The notes: generated from the letters alone by a model not told the origin. Positions 11,999-29,965 are shown, counted from the stretch's first letter. The stretch is 64,000 nt of DNA from the human T2T-CHM13v2.0 reference genome, Homo sapiens (GCF_009914755.1 NC_060927.1); one strand, 5' to 3'. Numbers and translations are program-made.

Positions 11999-13161
11999 GA
12001 TGGCCACAGATATAAGCAATGTCTAGAATGTGCAAATACAAACAAAGTCAGATATGGGATTCTCATAGTCATACTGATTGTTTATGTTGTCTGAATTATT
12101 GTTGAGAAAAACAGTTTGGTCTAGTTATGGCCTGAAGACTTATAAAATTAAATTCCTGTTTTCTTTTTTTCATGACTGAATCATGATTCCATTTTCTAGT
12201 GATGCCTCTGTATTTGCTGCCCATCAATAATAGGCCTATTATAAACATATATACCCACCTAAACCAGCTGTCCTTTCTTACTGCAAATCAATATTAATTT
12301 CGTTTTGGGGCTTTCACCAGATCAAAAAGACGGGTAGAATATAGCTTTTTCCTTTCTCATTTTTTTGACCTTATCTTAAGGAAGCCTCAGGGAAAAAGAA
12401 ATCCATTTGATTTATATATTTATGACATATGGTAAAAGATAAAGGGAAAATCAGTCACTATTCTAAGCAGAATAAAAAACTAAATTTTAGTTTTCCTTCC
12501 AGATACATGAGGCCATTCTCTTAATATCCAAATTTTTTTTCATTAACATTGATGTGATTCACAAAAGTAACTGATAGCGAAAAATAATATTTGTCACATA
12601 TTTTCAAAAGTTAACTGCTTAAAAGATGTTATAGAGATATCCCATTTTAGCTGAGAAATTTCCCCCAGGCAACTTCTGTCTTCAGGCAAAGGACAGAAAG
12701 GAACAATTCTTAATTCTACGGCCTACTGCAAATAATACTTGGAGCCTCAGTTTCCATAGCTTTCTGGCAGCTGACCGGTCCTGATAAAGAAATGTCTTTT
12801 AGACAGCTTCACCAGATGACTAAACTGAGCAATCATAAGTCATAAATTGATCAGACTCCAGGAACTGAATCTTGGGGTTCTGTGTAATCTGAAGAACTCT
12901 GTAGTCTATGACAACGACTGCCATTTACAGAGAAATTGAAAAAGTCTGGCAAATTTATTAATTTTCTCCCTAGCCATTAAAAAGCTGATAACCTTGGGTA
13001 AATTAGATTGGAAATTTTGTCATTCTCCTCTCTGGATTAACATGTGGCTTAGTATAAAACCCAAACAGATAGGGTTGCACCTTTGCTTCCTCAGTTGGGG
13101 CCTACACAATTGCTCTAGAATTCTTATAGCACTCTTTGACTAAAGGCTTGAAGTCTTAGTT

Positions 13162-13300
13162 CAGTGCTCATCAAAAGTAAATGAGCATGAGACTCACCCT
13201 GGAATCTTGTTGAACTGCGCATTCAGTAGGTGTGAGGTGGTGCCTGGAGTTCTACATTTCTGACAAACTCCCAGGAGAAGTTACAGCGAGAGCAATACTT
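13162..13300. mobile_element. MER5A-like hAT-Charlie fragment
   Basis: 'cagtgctc.tcaaa...tcaccctgg.atcttgtt...attcagtaggt.tg.ggtgg.gcc...catttct.acaa.ctcccagg'. Confidence 0.65.
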
Positions 13301-14602
13301 AGTCCACTAAATCCACTGAACTATGGATTTCTCTACTTTTCTTTCTGTTAAATGTTCTTAATGCATTTTGTCTTCCTCAGTCTGTCCATAGCCTCTACAG
13401 TAATACAAGACATTTTCAATTTTGCTGATGGATTTCATAATTTAGAATAGGTCATAACCTAAATATGTATTAAATATTTGTTATATTTAACATGAAGAAA
13501 ATACAGCTGGCATATACCCTTTTAAAGAAAGTTTTTCTTAAAATCTACTTTCCAAGAATCTCTGGTTTCAATTTCTAAACTGTTATTTTTCTATGTTTTA
13601 GTATCTAAGTCATTATAAGACACATTTGAACATGTATTATATATCCTGAGAATAAAAGATGAGCAAGATAATTTCATTGTTTTTAATGATTATAGATGAG
13701 AGGATGGGAAAAGGAACTCTGAATCATTGGAGAGAGCTAAAAAGATCTCCCAGCAAAATATGTTCCTAACATTTCTAGTTAGTGGGTGCAAGTCAACCTT
13801 CTACGACAGCCATCAGAAAAAAATAAACATCATGATTCATAATGATTGCCATAAGGACAATCTAGAGGTTCATGGTTCAAAACTGACATGATCAAGCCAG
13901 AGGGTACTACCTAAAGAGAACATGTATCCAAAATGGAAAGAGAACATAGCCTCACTAAGACTCTTTTCACCATTTACATTGACTTATGTGGGGACAAGTT
14001 CAGTGTTAGAGGGGGCCAAGGATGCATCTCTAAGGAGTTTAAAGACTTGAAGGAGAAAATAGGACTTGCACCCCCTAACTAGACTATGTTGTGGGTGAAC
14101 CAAACACAAAAGACAGAGCCATATACGAGAAACTATTTCATGGAAGAGACGGAGAGCATGTCACAGAATAAGTAATATTTATATTGTGCCTTTATGAAGG
14201 ATAAAATTTTGCCATGTGTCATTAAAGTAATTAAAAGTAATACAACTTAATAATAGTTTAATGAAATGTATAGTTAATTGAGATGTAACGTGGGCCAAGA
14301 TACAATTTTGTGCAGGGACAATGTTAGAAAATGAATTTCTAAACAATGTTAACTACTCAACATGACATCTTTCCTTTTATAGTTAACATTATTATAATGT
14401 TGAAGAGAAAAACTTTCTGGGTCTTGCCACCACAATTTCTGATACAGAAACTGTCTCCATATTTACTACTAGATTTTGGATATCTCTAGAAAATTAGAAT
14501 TGGGATCAAAGAACATGGATATAGTACAGAAAGCTTTTAATACTGTTCAGCATTGCCCAGTATGTAACAGAATTGAGTAGATGCTCAGAGTGTGCTGCTG
14601 GT

Positions 14603-14634
14603 CTTCAATAGGGTGGACCTTCAATAGGGTGGAC
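14603..14634. repeat. Perfect 16-bp tandem duplication
   Basis: cttcaatagggtggac x2. Confidence 0.95.
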
Positions 14635-14668
14635 CCCTTATTCATTGTGCAGGAAGATAAGAGTAGGA

Positions 14669-15141
14669 TGTGTAGGTTCATGGTGCACTGGTTACCAACT
14701 TGTCTAAGTCTGGTAAGATAGAACACACTCATACACAACAAATTACAGGAAATGGATTTATTCCTTATAGAAAAGCAGCAAAACAAACAAACAAACAAAC
14801 AAAAACAGAAGCCTAGAATTTATTAAGAGTCAGCCTCTAAAGCTCAGAAAAATGTCAGGGGCAGATAGAGCCTCAATTGTTTGTACCTCACAGCTGGGGG
14901 ACCCTGGAAAGTAGCTTTCTCTAGGTTTTATACCACAGGGTCATGTGACTCACTGAGATACATTGTTGAAGGGCATTCTTTTTCTAGGGCAATGATGGAA
15001 TGGATTCCAAGTTGTTCCTGCTGGTCCCTCTCAATCTCAGGTTGTTATATTCCCAGCACATTCTAGTTATTCTTGAGAACTACAAGTGAAAAAGAGAGGA
15101 GAACTGGGCTAGTCAAAAACTGCCCAGAGAACTGTCCTTCA
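14669..15141 (-). mobile_element. MER54-type ERVL LTR
   Basis: Reverse complement begins 'tgaaggacagttctctggg...cccagttctcc...cttgtagttctcaagaataact.gaatgtgctgggaat'; contains an internal (CAAA)n. Confidence 0.75.
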
Positions 15142-15159
15142 GGTAGGTGTAGAAAAAGA

Positions 15160-15730
15160 AAGCCTAGTGGTAATCATAGGGACTTCACATCTTCATCAAG
15201 ATTCATATCCCATGTATTAATCCGTTCTCGCACTGCTAATGAAGACATACCCAAGACTGAATAATTTATAAAGGAAAAAGGTTTAATGGATTCATGATTC
15301 CACATGACTAGGAAGGCCTCACAATCATGATGGAAGGCAGAGAAGCAAAGGCATGTCTTACATGGCAGCAGGCAGGAGAACTTGTGCAGAGAAACTCCAC
15401 TTTATAAAACCATCACATCTTGTGAGACTTATTCACTATTATGAAAACAGTATGGGCAAGACTTCTCCCCATGATTCAACTACCTCCCACTGGGTCCTTC
15501 CCATGACACATGGGAATTATGGGACCTACAATTCAAGATGAGATTTGGGTGGGGACACAGGCAAACCATATCATCCCACCTCTGCAACTTATTAAGTATA
15601 TGACCTCTGGTAAGTTACATTTTCTGTGCAATTGAGAATGATGACAAAAGTTCCCAAGGCATAAAGTGCCTACAGTAATTTTTAAATTCCAGAAAATGCA
15701 TGTGCCCAGCATGTAGTCTGTGCTTTAAAA
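15160..15730 (+). mobile_element. MIR split by the THE1 LTR
   Basis: 'ctagtggtaa...gattcatatccca' continues after the LTR as 'tcccacctctgcaacttattaagtatatgacc...gtaagttac'. Confidence 0.55.
15213..15573 (-). mobile_element. THE1B-like solo LTR
   Basis: 'tgtattaatccgttctc...aaaccatatca'; perfect TSD TCCCA at 15208-15212 and 15574-15578. Confidence 0.95.
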
Positions 15731-16787
15731 CAATGCTAGGTATTATCAGGGTCTCCCATTGTAATGAAGGTTTTTCTTTTATTCATCTATACATCCCCTG
15801 TATTATCTCTTCATTTTCCTAAAGTGTGACTTTTATAATTCTTGGTTTTCTTTATTTATTTCCATTCTTTGTAAAAACTCTATTTGATGAGATTTGTTGT
15901 ACAGAAGCAAAGTCTTCCATCTTGTTCTCATGCACAGTGACTAATTTGCATTTAATGCAAACATAGCTCTTTTCAAGTATAAGCATAAAGGCCCATATTA
16001 GAATGAACACATCTGTTTATCTGTCCATGAAAAGATTTAACTTTGGCTTAAAATATGGCCTGTTTGGTTTTACTATCTAGCTTCTTAAACCAATCACTTC
16101 TCTATAAACTGGCACAATCGATTATCTTTTGGCAGTTGCTTCCAGATTTAAAAATATTTCAAGAGCCATATTCTACATCCACAATTCTAAAGTTAACTGT
16201 GTTTCAGAATGAAGCTGAGGCTACGAACAGAATTATGTTATGTGACAGACCAATTGTTATTTACAATTTATTTATTACCATGTTTTTACAAGTTTGCTTA
16301 ATTCTCTGTGGATTGACAACAGGACAAAGAACATGGAAGGACTTAGGCATAACACCTTTCCTCACCTGTTTTAGCAAGGACAGACTTTGGCCTGATTCAT
16401 TTTTCAGGTAGTAGGATATATTTTTCATAAGACAGTGATCTCTGTGATTCCTATTCATATACCAAATTAATATCTTAGAAATCTGTTGGAAATTACCAAA
16501 GATAACCCATTCTGAAAATAATTACTTGCTATAGCTTTATGTGCAGGTACGTGATTAAAACATAAATCAAATGTAAACTGTTTCTTGATGTTCTTCAATA
16601 AAGTTAAAAAACACAAGCAGTCAACTATCTCGAGCTATAATGGAACAAACACAATATAATAATAGTAATACCAATCATAAATATATCAAACATTGAAACA
16701 AAAATTTTATCCCGTAGTTTAAAAGTCATTTCATTTCTATTTAAATATATGTTTAATGTCTCATTTTTCTCCTATACATTTCAAGTA

Positions 16788-19553
16788 AATTTTATTAAGG
16801 TTAATTTACCCATAATAAAATGAAACCATTTTAGAGTACAATTGTGTGAGTGTTGACAAATGTATACAGCTGGCTAATCACCACCACAACCTAGAACATT
16901 CCCATCATCCCAGAACACTTTCTCATGTTTCTTTTCTGTCAGTCCTTGCTTCCTTCAGGTTCACCCCCAACCAACAACTGATCTACTTAGGTCGCTATAG
17001 ATCAGATTTATCTTTTCTAGAGGAACCACTTTACATTACATATACTCTCTTTTGTATGGTTTCTTTTCCTCAGACTAATGATTTTGAGATTCATCCGTGT
17101 TAAATGTTGTTAGTTTATTCTTTGTTATTAGTGAATAGTATTCCCTTGGGTGAACATGATATAACGTTTATTCATTAATTGATAGTGTTTTGTTTTGTTT
17201 TGTTTTGTTTTGTTTTGTTTTGCTATTAGGTGTAAGACTGTTATAAACATTCAGTACTAGTCTCTGTGTAATCATAGATTTTCATTTACCTTGAGGAAAT
17301 ATCACTAGTGAAATTGCTCAGCCTTCTAATAATTACATGTTTAATTTTGCCTTTTGCTCCACATCTTCACCAACACTTAGATTTTTTAAAAAAATGTTAC
17401 CCATTCAAGTGAATATTTAATGCTATTGAACCATGGTTGCATTTTCCTGTTGGCTCTTGTGATGTGTTGACGCAAGTCTTTTGCCCATTTTAAAATTAGA
17501 TACTGTGTCTTTTTCTTTTGAATTGTGCGAGTTCTTTACATGTTATGTACACATCCTTTGTCACATATATTTACTAGAAATAGTTTCTCCCAATCTGTTT
17601 TTTACTTCTCATTTCTTAGTGGTGTCTTTGAAGGGCAGAAATCATTAATTCTAATGATGAACAACTTATTTTTTTTCCTTTTGTGATTACTGTTTTTTGT
17701 TTGGTGTTTAAAGATTCTTTACTGATCTCAAGTTTAAAAAAATTTTCTCCCACATTTTCTTCTAGATGTTTTTTGGTTTTAGCACTTAACTTTAGGTATA
17801 TAATCAATTTCTAGCTAATTTTATATTTGAAGTAGGCCAAAAGCTTCTTTTGAGGAAAAGAAGCCAAAAGTAAAAAATCATATTTTGAAGATGGATATCT
17901 AATTTTTCCACCATTTGAGGGAAGATAATCCTTTCCTCCACTTGTTATATTTGTTAAAAATCAATTGGCCATATAGATATGGGTCAATTTCTGTACTCTC
18001 TATTTAATTCCATTGATATATTTTTCTATATTTATGCTGGTATATCATTGATTTTAATTACTATAATGTCTTAATATCAGCTATTAAAAGTCCTCAAATT
18101 TGTTCTTACTTTTCAAAAAATTGTTTTGGCTGCTCTGAGTTCTTTGAATTTCTGTATAAATTTTAGAAGCAATTTGTTCATTTTTACAAAAAAAAACTGT
18201 AATTATTTTTTAAAATCTTGATTTGGGTTACAATACACCTATAAATAAATTGGAGAGAATTGACACGTTAACGATGAATTTCCTAATAAATCTTCTTGAT
18301 ATTTTATCTTCATTTATTTAGGTCTTCTTTAAATTATCCTAGCAGTATGATAGTTTTCAGTATACAAGTCTAACATATATCTTGCTAAATTCATACAGAA
18401 GTATTTCTTGATTTTAGATGTATTTGTAGATAGTTTTGCATTTTAAATTTTATTTTTCAATTGTTCATTGCTATAATAGACTTTTATATATTAATCTTGT
18501 GTCTTTGTGACTTTAATCTCAATATTTTTCAAGTTGCATAAAAGATATTTTGTAGCTATTTTAGAATTTTTCATGTATACAATTACATCATGTGCAAAGG
18601 CAATTGTAATTCCCTTTAATATACCTTCTAAACTTACTAGACACTCAAGCATAGTGTTGAATAAAAGAGGTAAAATGGAATTTTTTTGTCTTCTTCCCAA
18701 GAGAGTGAGTGGGTGAAGGGAATCATTTAGTCTCTCATTATTAAGTTTGATGTTAGCTATAGGTTTTCATAAATGGCCTTTATCAAATGGGGGAAATTTC
18801 TTTCTATTCATAATAGGGTAAGAAGTTTTGTTTATTACCAATGAATGTTTAATTTTGTCAAATGCTTTTGCCACATCTATTGAGAAAATTATATTTTTTC
18901 TCATTATTTTATTAATACCATGTATTATTTTTTAATGCTTTTTTAATGTCAAGCCAATTTTGCATTCCTGGGATAAATCCCACTTGGTCATGATGTGTTA
19001 ACAATTTTCTGTTTTGCTAGATTCACCTTCTTAATATTTGCTGAAGGGTTTTGAATCTGTTTTATAATTTTCTTTTTATGTGATGACTTTTTTGTTTTCA
19101 TTATTAGGGTTATGTTAATCACATAAAATAAATCAGAAAGTGCATCATAATCTTATTTCTTGAAAGAACTCTGTACATTGATTTATTCCTTAAATGTTGG
19201 CTGGAATTGATCATTGAGGACATCTGGCCCTGAAGCCATCTTTGTGAAAGAGGTTTTTTAGTTATGAATTCAATTTCTCTAATAGATATGCGGTCATCTA
19301 AGTTTTGTATTTGTTCTTGTGTTAGTTATAGTAATTTATAAGTTTATTTATTTCTAGGAATTTGTCCATTTCATCTATTTTTTTCAAGTTTATTGATAAA
19401 AATTATTAAATTCCTTACTATGTTTTAATGACTTTTGGAACCATGTGATATCTGCTCTTTTACTCTTAATACTGATGACTTTTGTACATTTTTTGTTTCC
19501 TAGTCCATCTAGATGTTTATCAGATCTATTGATTACAAAAAACACAAGTTTTT
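16788..19553 (-). mobile_element. Old L1 (L1ME/L1MD-like), 3' UTR plus degenerate ORF2
   Basis: Typical 3'-end text 'ttgacaaatgtataca...accaccaca...agaacatt.ccatca.ccca', then ORF2 antisense motifs such as 'cattcctgggataaatcccacttggtcatg'. Confidence 0.85.
17186..17222. repeat. (TTTTG)7 microsatellite
   Basis: Direct read. Confidence 0.95.
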
Positions 19554-19559
19554 GTAACC

Positions 19560-19885
19560 TTTTCAATTAAAATATAACATATAGTAAAATACACAAATCT
19601 TAAACATATTCCACAGGAATATTTTACAAATGAATATACTTTCATAACCACCACCCTAGTTCAGACACAGAATTTTATCAGCAATCAAGAGCCTTTATCT
19701 TATCATCTTCCAGCCCATATTTCCCCCAAAGTTAACCACTCTTTTAACTTCTACTACCTTCAATTACTTTACCTGTTTTAGAATCTCATATAAATAAAAT
19801 CATATGAACTATACTTTATATACTTGGATTCTTGGTTAATATATTTTTGAGATTCATCCATGTTATTATGCATAGCAGTAGTTAA
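19560..19885 (-). mobile_element. Second L1ME 3'-end fragment
   Basis: 'aatataacatatagtaaaatacacaaatcttaa...taaccaccacc...ttttgagattcatccatgtt'. Confidence 0.75.
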
Positions 19886-20174
19886 GTTGCCCATGAAGAA
19901 AAAAAAATAAGCAAAAGAATGAAAAATAGACCCTGGGCTTCCTGTGTCCTTGTGGAGTGTTCTTTCCCACCATTCTCACACTTATTTGTGTGTGAATATC
20001 CACATTCTAAAACTCTTGAGAATACAGACTATTTTCTATACTTCCCAAACAATACATTCACAGTCCGAATTTTTACTTTTTAATAGAAATGCATTGACCT
20101 AGATGGAATGGTCAAGATTTATTAGGATTTTACCAGCAAGTAGAAAAAGAACAAAGCTGGGCATTACAGAGGAG

Positions 20175-20340
20175 TACTGAGTCTTTTCAAGTTACCATCT
20201 TACTGACCTTGGATAAGTCACTTAATTTTTCTGAGCCTTACTTTGCTTCTCCATAAAGGAGGAATAGTATGACTTGCCTTATCCTATTCAAAGAGATACA
20301 GTGGGACTCCAGTAAAAACATGCGTAAGTACTTTGTCAAG
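20175..20340 (+). mobile_element. MIR core
   Basis: 'tgaccttggataagtcacttaa...tctgagcct...taaag.aggaata'. Confidence 0.75.
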
Positions 20341-20720
20341 AGAAAATAAACACAAAATGTTTTGTTAATATAATAAATGAAGCATTGAAGCTTAACACCC
20401 AAATCTTAAAAGCTAAAAAAAAAATTCCCAGCAGTCTCTTTCTGCCAAGTCTGTGCCTGTATTAAACTGGGTAGGTAGTGAGGAATGGCTTGGGCTGGGC
20501 TGGGTCCATTCCCTGAGACACAAACATGCTACAGGAGTTAAGTGCCAAGATGGGGCAAAGTGGAAAGATAGAAAGAAGTAGAAGTTCCAATATGGGGTTT
20601 GTTTTTAATTCATGAAATATATATTTCTATTAAATGCATTATCACAAAACCACTTCTAGCATTCCAAATTTTTATTTATTTTTAAGTTTACATACAGTAA
20701 AATTTACTCTTTCTGGTGCT

Positions 20721-22260
<1,540 letters not shown>

Positions 22261-23905
22261 TTCCCTTAGTGGTTAATTTTATGTTGTTTCCCAATGTCTG
22301 AAAACAGTTGTTGCATAAATATTGCCCCCTTTGATTTTGTTTACAAAACAAAAATTTGTGTACAGTGGGATAACAAGTTCAGTACCATTATTCCCTCATG
22401 GCTGAATGTCTATACGTTTATACATTTTTATCTTCTGATTGCTGTGTTCTGGCATTTTTAGTCTATACACAGTGTTACCATCATGTTAATGACTACTGTA
22501 CCTCCAGAACATAATACTTGTCTTATCTCTTGGTAATCCTCATTTACATGTTGAATAACAGCTTGCATTCTGCTTTATGATTCCAAGTGAAATGAGTATT
22601 GACTATATATAAATGGCATTTATCATCATGATGCATTTGGACAAACCTCAAAGAACGAAAATATACATATCTACACACTTTAAAATATGAGCCACAAAAT
22701 GGATGATAATCTAAGCTCTTCCAATCATGACATATGGACAAAAAAGACATTCCATGCCTTAAGTGTAATGGTAAATACACTCAAAGGTGAATTACAAGTT
22801 GATGATAAAAAATTGCTGGCAACTAATTCCAAATGGAAAACATAATTAATTATTTACTGAAATATTAAAAATTAATTTCTTTTTATTGATGATATTTAGA
22901 TATACAAAATAAAATCTCAGTTATATTAAGAATTGCATGGAACTTATATTGAAAATCTTGTGATAGCAATTTTATTAGCAGTTGTGGTTTGAAAGGTCTT
23001 ACACCACTATAATTGAATATGCCAAATTTCATTTTAGCATGTCAATATGGCTTCCATATTTGGGATTCTATTTTTTTTACTTGAGCTAGTGAATTTATTC
23101 TGTAAAGCTTACATTTTCAAATTTGACCCTTAAACCTTATGAAATTATATATTCTTAATTCTAATAAAAGTTCTTGGTGAATAATTCCCTAAATGTTCAA
23201 AAATTCTACTAATTTGTTTTTCATTCCTTTCATCTTTTTTATGTAATGATATAATACCTTCTTAATTATCTTCTTGGCACACTGTCTATAGCATTTTTTA
23301 AGATAAGTTGATTTCTTACTACTCTAAAATTGATTTCCAGGCTGGATGATAGTTATATTTTATATATACACACATATAGTTTTAATGTATGTATATATGC
23401 ACACATACATGTGTATATTTAAACATATAGACAGCTATAGATATATAGATAGAGGTCATTATTTTAAAATCAACATGTTAAATCACACAAAAATTTTACA
23501 GGATGTGATCATTAGTACAAAAGTTATCTGCTATTGTAGGTCATCTATTATTTACTATCTACTATTAATGAACAGATGAACAGAATATGATATACAAAAA
23601 ATAAGTAATTGCATCTTCTAATTTCACCCACAAAGAGCAGTTTCTGTAATATTTTAAAGTAGTTGACATAGAAATTCAAGTAAAAAAATCAAATTCTATG
23701 AGACCGAAAATTTCTTACATGTTCCCCTTTTTCCAGAGAGCCTATAATTTTATGGAACACTGAACTGGAGATGCAGAAATAAAAGTGTTGGGAATGTGGA
23801 TTTTTAAAAACTAATATTTATTTTGAAATATTTTAAATTAGAGGAATTTTTAAAAATCACTATAATGAATACTACGTACAAATTCTTTTAAATGTTTTTT
23901 TCACT

Positions 23906-25284
<1,379 letters not shown>

Positions 25285-25299
25285 ATATTCATATCATAT

Positions 25300-25860
25300 T
25301 TTTAGTGAGTAAATTGTACAGATAAAGGTAAGCCCTTTATGTGCCTCAAATAGACTCCACTGCCTTTCCTTGCTCCCCAAAGGTAAACATTCTAAATTCA
25401 CTATTTATAATTGAATACGACACAACATATTCAAGAATCCATACATGTGTATGGATTCTTTGTATTATATTTTTAAATTTCTATAAGTGGTATCACACTA
25501 TAGTCACAATTGTACAACTTGACTTTTTTTATTTTGCTAAAATATTTATTTGGGATTTGTGTAGTTTTAGTTTTTTACTTTAACTGCTATATACTATTCC
25601 AATTATATAAATGTACCCCAATATATGTATCTATTCTCCAGTTGTTAGACATTTAGATGATTTCTAATTTTTCTCTATTACAAAAAAATGTTAAAATGAA
25701 CATTCTTGTAGGGACATCTTGTGCCATATTTGGGATACTCTCAGACTATATATATAAATATAAAAGTGGAATTGCTGGTCCAGGTTATGTCCATCTAAAA
25801 TATTTCTAAATACAGACAAGTGATTGTACAAATTTTCATGACCACCAGTAGTAAAGGAGA
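25300..25860 (-). mobile_element. Ancient L1ME 3' fragment
   Basis: 'tttaactgctat..tactattcc...tattctccagttg..agacattta...gtggaattgctgg'. Confidence 0.65.
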
Positions 25861-25890
25861 ATAAACAAATGAATCAATATTGTGCAAGAC

Positions 25891-26231
<341 letters not shown>

Positions 26232-27829
26232 TAAATACAATAAATATTTTTATGAGTCTTAAAGTATTTCAGAATAAAATTCGAAATCATTTTTTGGTAC
26301 ATGCTGATATAATTAATTAGCAGAATAATTCTTAGCATGTTAGTAATTCTTCATATGTTCAAAATTCTCCCTGATTCAGTAACCTTTATTTATTCAATTA
26401 AAGTAGTACAACCCCTTTCTCCAGGCTATATTATGTTTATTTCTTCTATAACAGTGTCAACATAAAAATTTTTTAGTGGCTACTCTCCACAATGAAAATA
26501 CTCGCAGATCACTTCAATTTTTCATGGAAAGTTCTAAAAGCACTGAGTGGAATGTTTCATACTTCCTGCTGCACACAGCCTTCTGACTTCTCAGTATCAT
26601 GCTGCATTTTCTTCACACTGGGCTGCCCACTTGATTTGTGTTTCTTTTCATCTCAGGTTACTCCTGTGCTGTCTTTGGTCTCCTGAGATGGATGACATCT
26701 CCTCTTTCCACATCAACTTCCTACAGTGTTCTATGTACTACAAAAGTAACATGATCAAAGGGACCTGAGGGCTTTATTCCTGATTATGATGTAATTATTT
26801 ACTGCAGTGACATCTCATTTACCTGTATAATCCAGGTCCTCCCCAATCTGACTAATCAATCATTCACAAACTTAGATATTCTTAGCTACAAAGGAGATAC
26901 ACATTTGAAAAGTTTTGATCTAGCCCCAAACAACTTTTAAATGTGTTTGCTTGAGTTTTTGTTGCCTTACATTATCTTGGCTAAGAAATTGGATATATTT
27001 ATATTAACATAATTGCAATTCAATACTTTGCTTCCTAAATATTCCAGCCAACAGAGACTATTGAAGTTTAAAATACCAGCAAGACAACTCACTATATTCT
27101 GTTCTATTTATATTTATATTCTATTTTGTATATTTAATTCTCTATGATTCAAAGACTCTATGATTCAATGTGTCTATATTATGCACATTAGTCCACAAAT
27201 AATTTACTCAAGAAATTGTTATAGGGTGATGGATTATACCATCATCACACACTAAGCAATGAAGCCAGTCATTGTTATATTACTTCAACAATCTCACTGG
27301 AAAAAGTGAACAGACATTTAAAAATATCTTGTATAGCTCTGCTGTTTGATTGTTTCTTATATTTCCAGATAAATAATCTTCTGTATTCAGAAAATCAAAC
27401 CCTTTGTTCCTACGTATTTTATTTGATGGCTTTGAGCATTGATTCTGGAGCCTGACCTGGAAAGAATTTTGGTGATATGTAACAAAATAAGATACTATGC
27501 AATTATCTTTTCATCCAGCAATTCCACTTCAAAGAATCTACCCTAAATGTATGCCTCAAAGAATATGAAACTACATATATGCACATGGTTATTCATATCA
27601 ACATTGTTTATAATCACAAAATACTGGAAACAATCTAAATACTCAGATATGGAAAAATCATTGGTTATGTTATACACACAAAATGAAAGATTATACAGAC
27701 ACTTTTTGTAAATTGGTATGAGATCATTTCCATGATATATTGTTAAGTAAAAAAAAAAAAACTAATTGCAAAAGAATAATTGTATCCTATTCTTCTTACA
27801 AGAAAGAAAGAAGTATAAGAAAATACATT

Positions 27830-28198
27830 TGATATGGTTTGGCTGTGTTCCCACCCAAATATCATCTTGAATTGTAGTTCCCATAATCCCCACATGTCGT
27901 GGGAAGGATCTGTGAGAGGTAATTGAATCATGGGAATGGTTACCCCCATGCTGTTCTCATGATAGTGAGTTCTCACGAGATCTGATGGTTTTATAAGGGG
28001 CTTTTTCCTCTTTGCTCAGCACTTCTCTCTCCTGCTGCCATATGAAGAAGGACATGCTTGCTTACTCTTCCACCATGATTGTAAGTTTCCTGAGGTCTCC
28101 CCAGCCATGCAGAATTGTGAGTCAATTAAACCCCTTTTCTTTATAAATTACTCAGTCTCAGGTATTTCTTCATAACAGCATGAGAACGTACTAATACA
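27830..28198 (+). mobile_element. THE1C/D-like solo LTR
   Basis: 'tgatatggtttggctgtg...gaagaaggacatg...ctaataca'. Confidence 0.93.
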
Positions 28199-28740
28199 TA
28201 TTGATCTTCTAATTTATGCAAAATAAATACAGGAAGCACTAACCAGAAGCTCAAGAAATTGTTCCCTATAGACGGTGGCAGAGAATGGAATAGAAAGCAG
28301 GGGGGAAATAGGAATATGGTAGTAGGTATGCAGTAGAAACCACACTTCTATAAGTACACCTCTTTGTTTGTGTTTAACTCTTAGACTTCAGTAATTTTTC
28401 ACATGCCCATAATAACAAATAATTGAAAGAAACCAGGGTTGGCCAGGTTGCACGATATGAACAGCAAAAAATGGACCTAATTATATTAGAAATGAATAAT
28501 AATATTTTCACACTGAAGAGGATGGAGAAGAAAATAATTTATCTAAGTAATTTTTGGGGACAATAAACATTTTTATTGAAAAGACGGAAGACTAAAAAAA
28601 AAAGGAAAAAGAATAACTGTACAAAATACTGTAGTCAGGTTAGTAAACCTTACAGAGATAAGGTTAACAATTATCTAACTGCCTGATGTGTATAATAAGA
28701 TTGAACTCATAGGTAAATCTACTGTAGAAAATGAAGGCCC

Positions 28741-29044
28741 GGCAGTACACGGTGGCTCTTGCCTGTAATCCCAGCACTTTGGGAGGCCAGGAGAGGAAGA
28801 TTGCTTGAGCTCATGAGTTTGAGACCAGGATGGGCAACACGGCAAGACAATTATCCCTACAAAATTTTTAAAAATTAGTCAAGCGTGGTGGTGCCACGCC
28901 TGTGGTCCCAGCTGTCTGGAGACTGAGGGGAGGGGATCACTTAAGCTGGGAATGTTGAGGCTGCAGTGAGCCATGTACATGCCACTGCACTACAGCCTGG
29001 GTGACAGAGCAGGATCTTGTCTCAAAAACAGGAAAAACGAGAAA
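28741..29044 (+). mobile_element. AluJ
   Basis: 'gattgcttgagctc' and 'gaggctgcagtgagcc' diagnostics; 15-bp TSD agaaa(a/c)tgaa(g/a)gccc at 28726-28740 and 29045-29059. Confidence 0.92.
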
Positions 29045-29244
29045 AGAAACTGAAAGCCCACTTTATCTCTACAGTGTAGGACTGAAATCAGAGATGTAAA
29101 TATGAATTCTTGGTTTATTTTAAACAAAAACACACACAGAAAAAATAGATCTATAGCTATGCATGGGTTAGTATACATATATTCTAACTCTGTTGAGAAG
29201 TATTAGGGAGTAGTGCTTCCTGATAGTGGTGAGAACACCTAGGT

Positions 29245-29965
29245 ATGGTCTGTCTTCACATTGCCTTCTCTCCTGTGAGTGTGAAATCTCTCTCTTCCTC
29301 TCTCTAAGAATGCATGTAATCACACTTAGGATTCACTGAGATTATTCCAGATAACTTATCATCTCAATGTCCTTACTGTAATCACATATTTTGGCCTTGT
29401 AAGATATCATTTGCCTCCAGGGTGTGATAGTTGATTTTTACGTGTCAACTTGTCTGAGTCACAGGATTTCCAGAAAGCCGGTTAAACATTATTTCTGGGT
29501 TTGTCTATGGGGACGTTTCTGAAAATGATCAGGCATTGAATTGGTAGACTAAGTAAACATATGGCCCTCTCCAGTACAGGTGGGCATCACCAAATTTGTT
29601 ACTGACCTGACTAGAAAATAAAGGTGGAGGAAGTTCAGATTAACTCTGTCTATCTTGCTGAGATGGGACATCAGTCTTCTCCTGCCCTTGGAGCTCCAGG
29701 TTTCAGGCCTTTGAATGATACCTCCAGCTTTCCTGGGTTTCCAACTTGCAGATGGCATATCATGGGACCTTCCAGTGTCCATAATCATTTAAACAAATAC
29801 CTTATAATATATCATGTGAGTCAAGAAAAGATTCTGTGTGTGTGTGTGTCTGTGTGTGTAATTTCCTATTGGTGCTCTGTCTGTAGAACCATTCATTACT
29901 AATGCACAGGCATAAGGACATGGATATCTGTTTTTGGAGAAGAGCAAATTTTCAGCATCCCACCA
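29245..29965 (-). mobile_element. MLT1B-like LTR fragment split by MLT2
   Basis: 'tcttcacattgccttct...ccagataa...atctcaa..tcctta...aatcacat'; resumes at 29907 with 'aggacatggatatc...ttcagc'. Confidence 0.65.
29423..29906 (+). mobile_element. MLT2-type ERVL solo LTR
   Basis: 'tgtgatagttgatttt.acgtgtcaacttg...aaacattatttctgggt...ctaatgca'; near-TSD caggg/caggc. Confidence 0.88.

Noticed and set aside
16055-16411. 118-aa plus-strand ORF in unique DNA
   Set aside because: No recognisable domain, promoter or splice context; compatible with chance
26630-26760. Strong plus-strand acceptor (tttcttttcatctcAG at about 26656)
   Set aside because: No convincing paired donor; an isolated motif is expected by chance
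27140-27168. 13-bp direct repeat ctctatgattcaa with period 16
   Set aside because: Ordinary slippage-scale duplication
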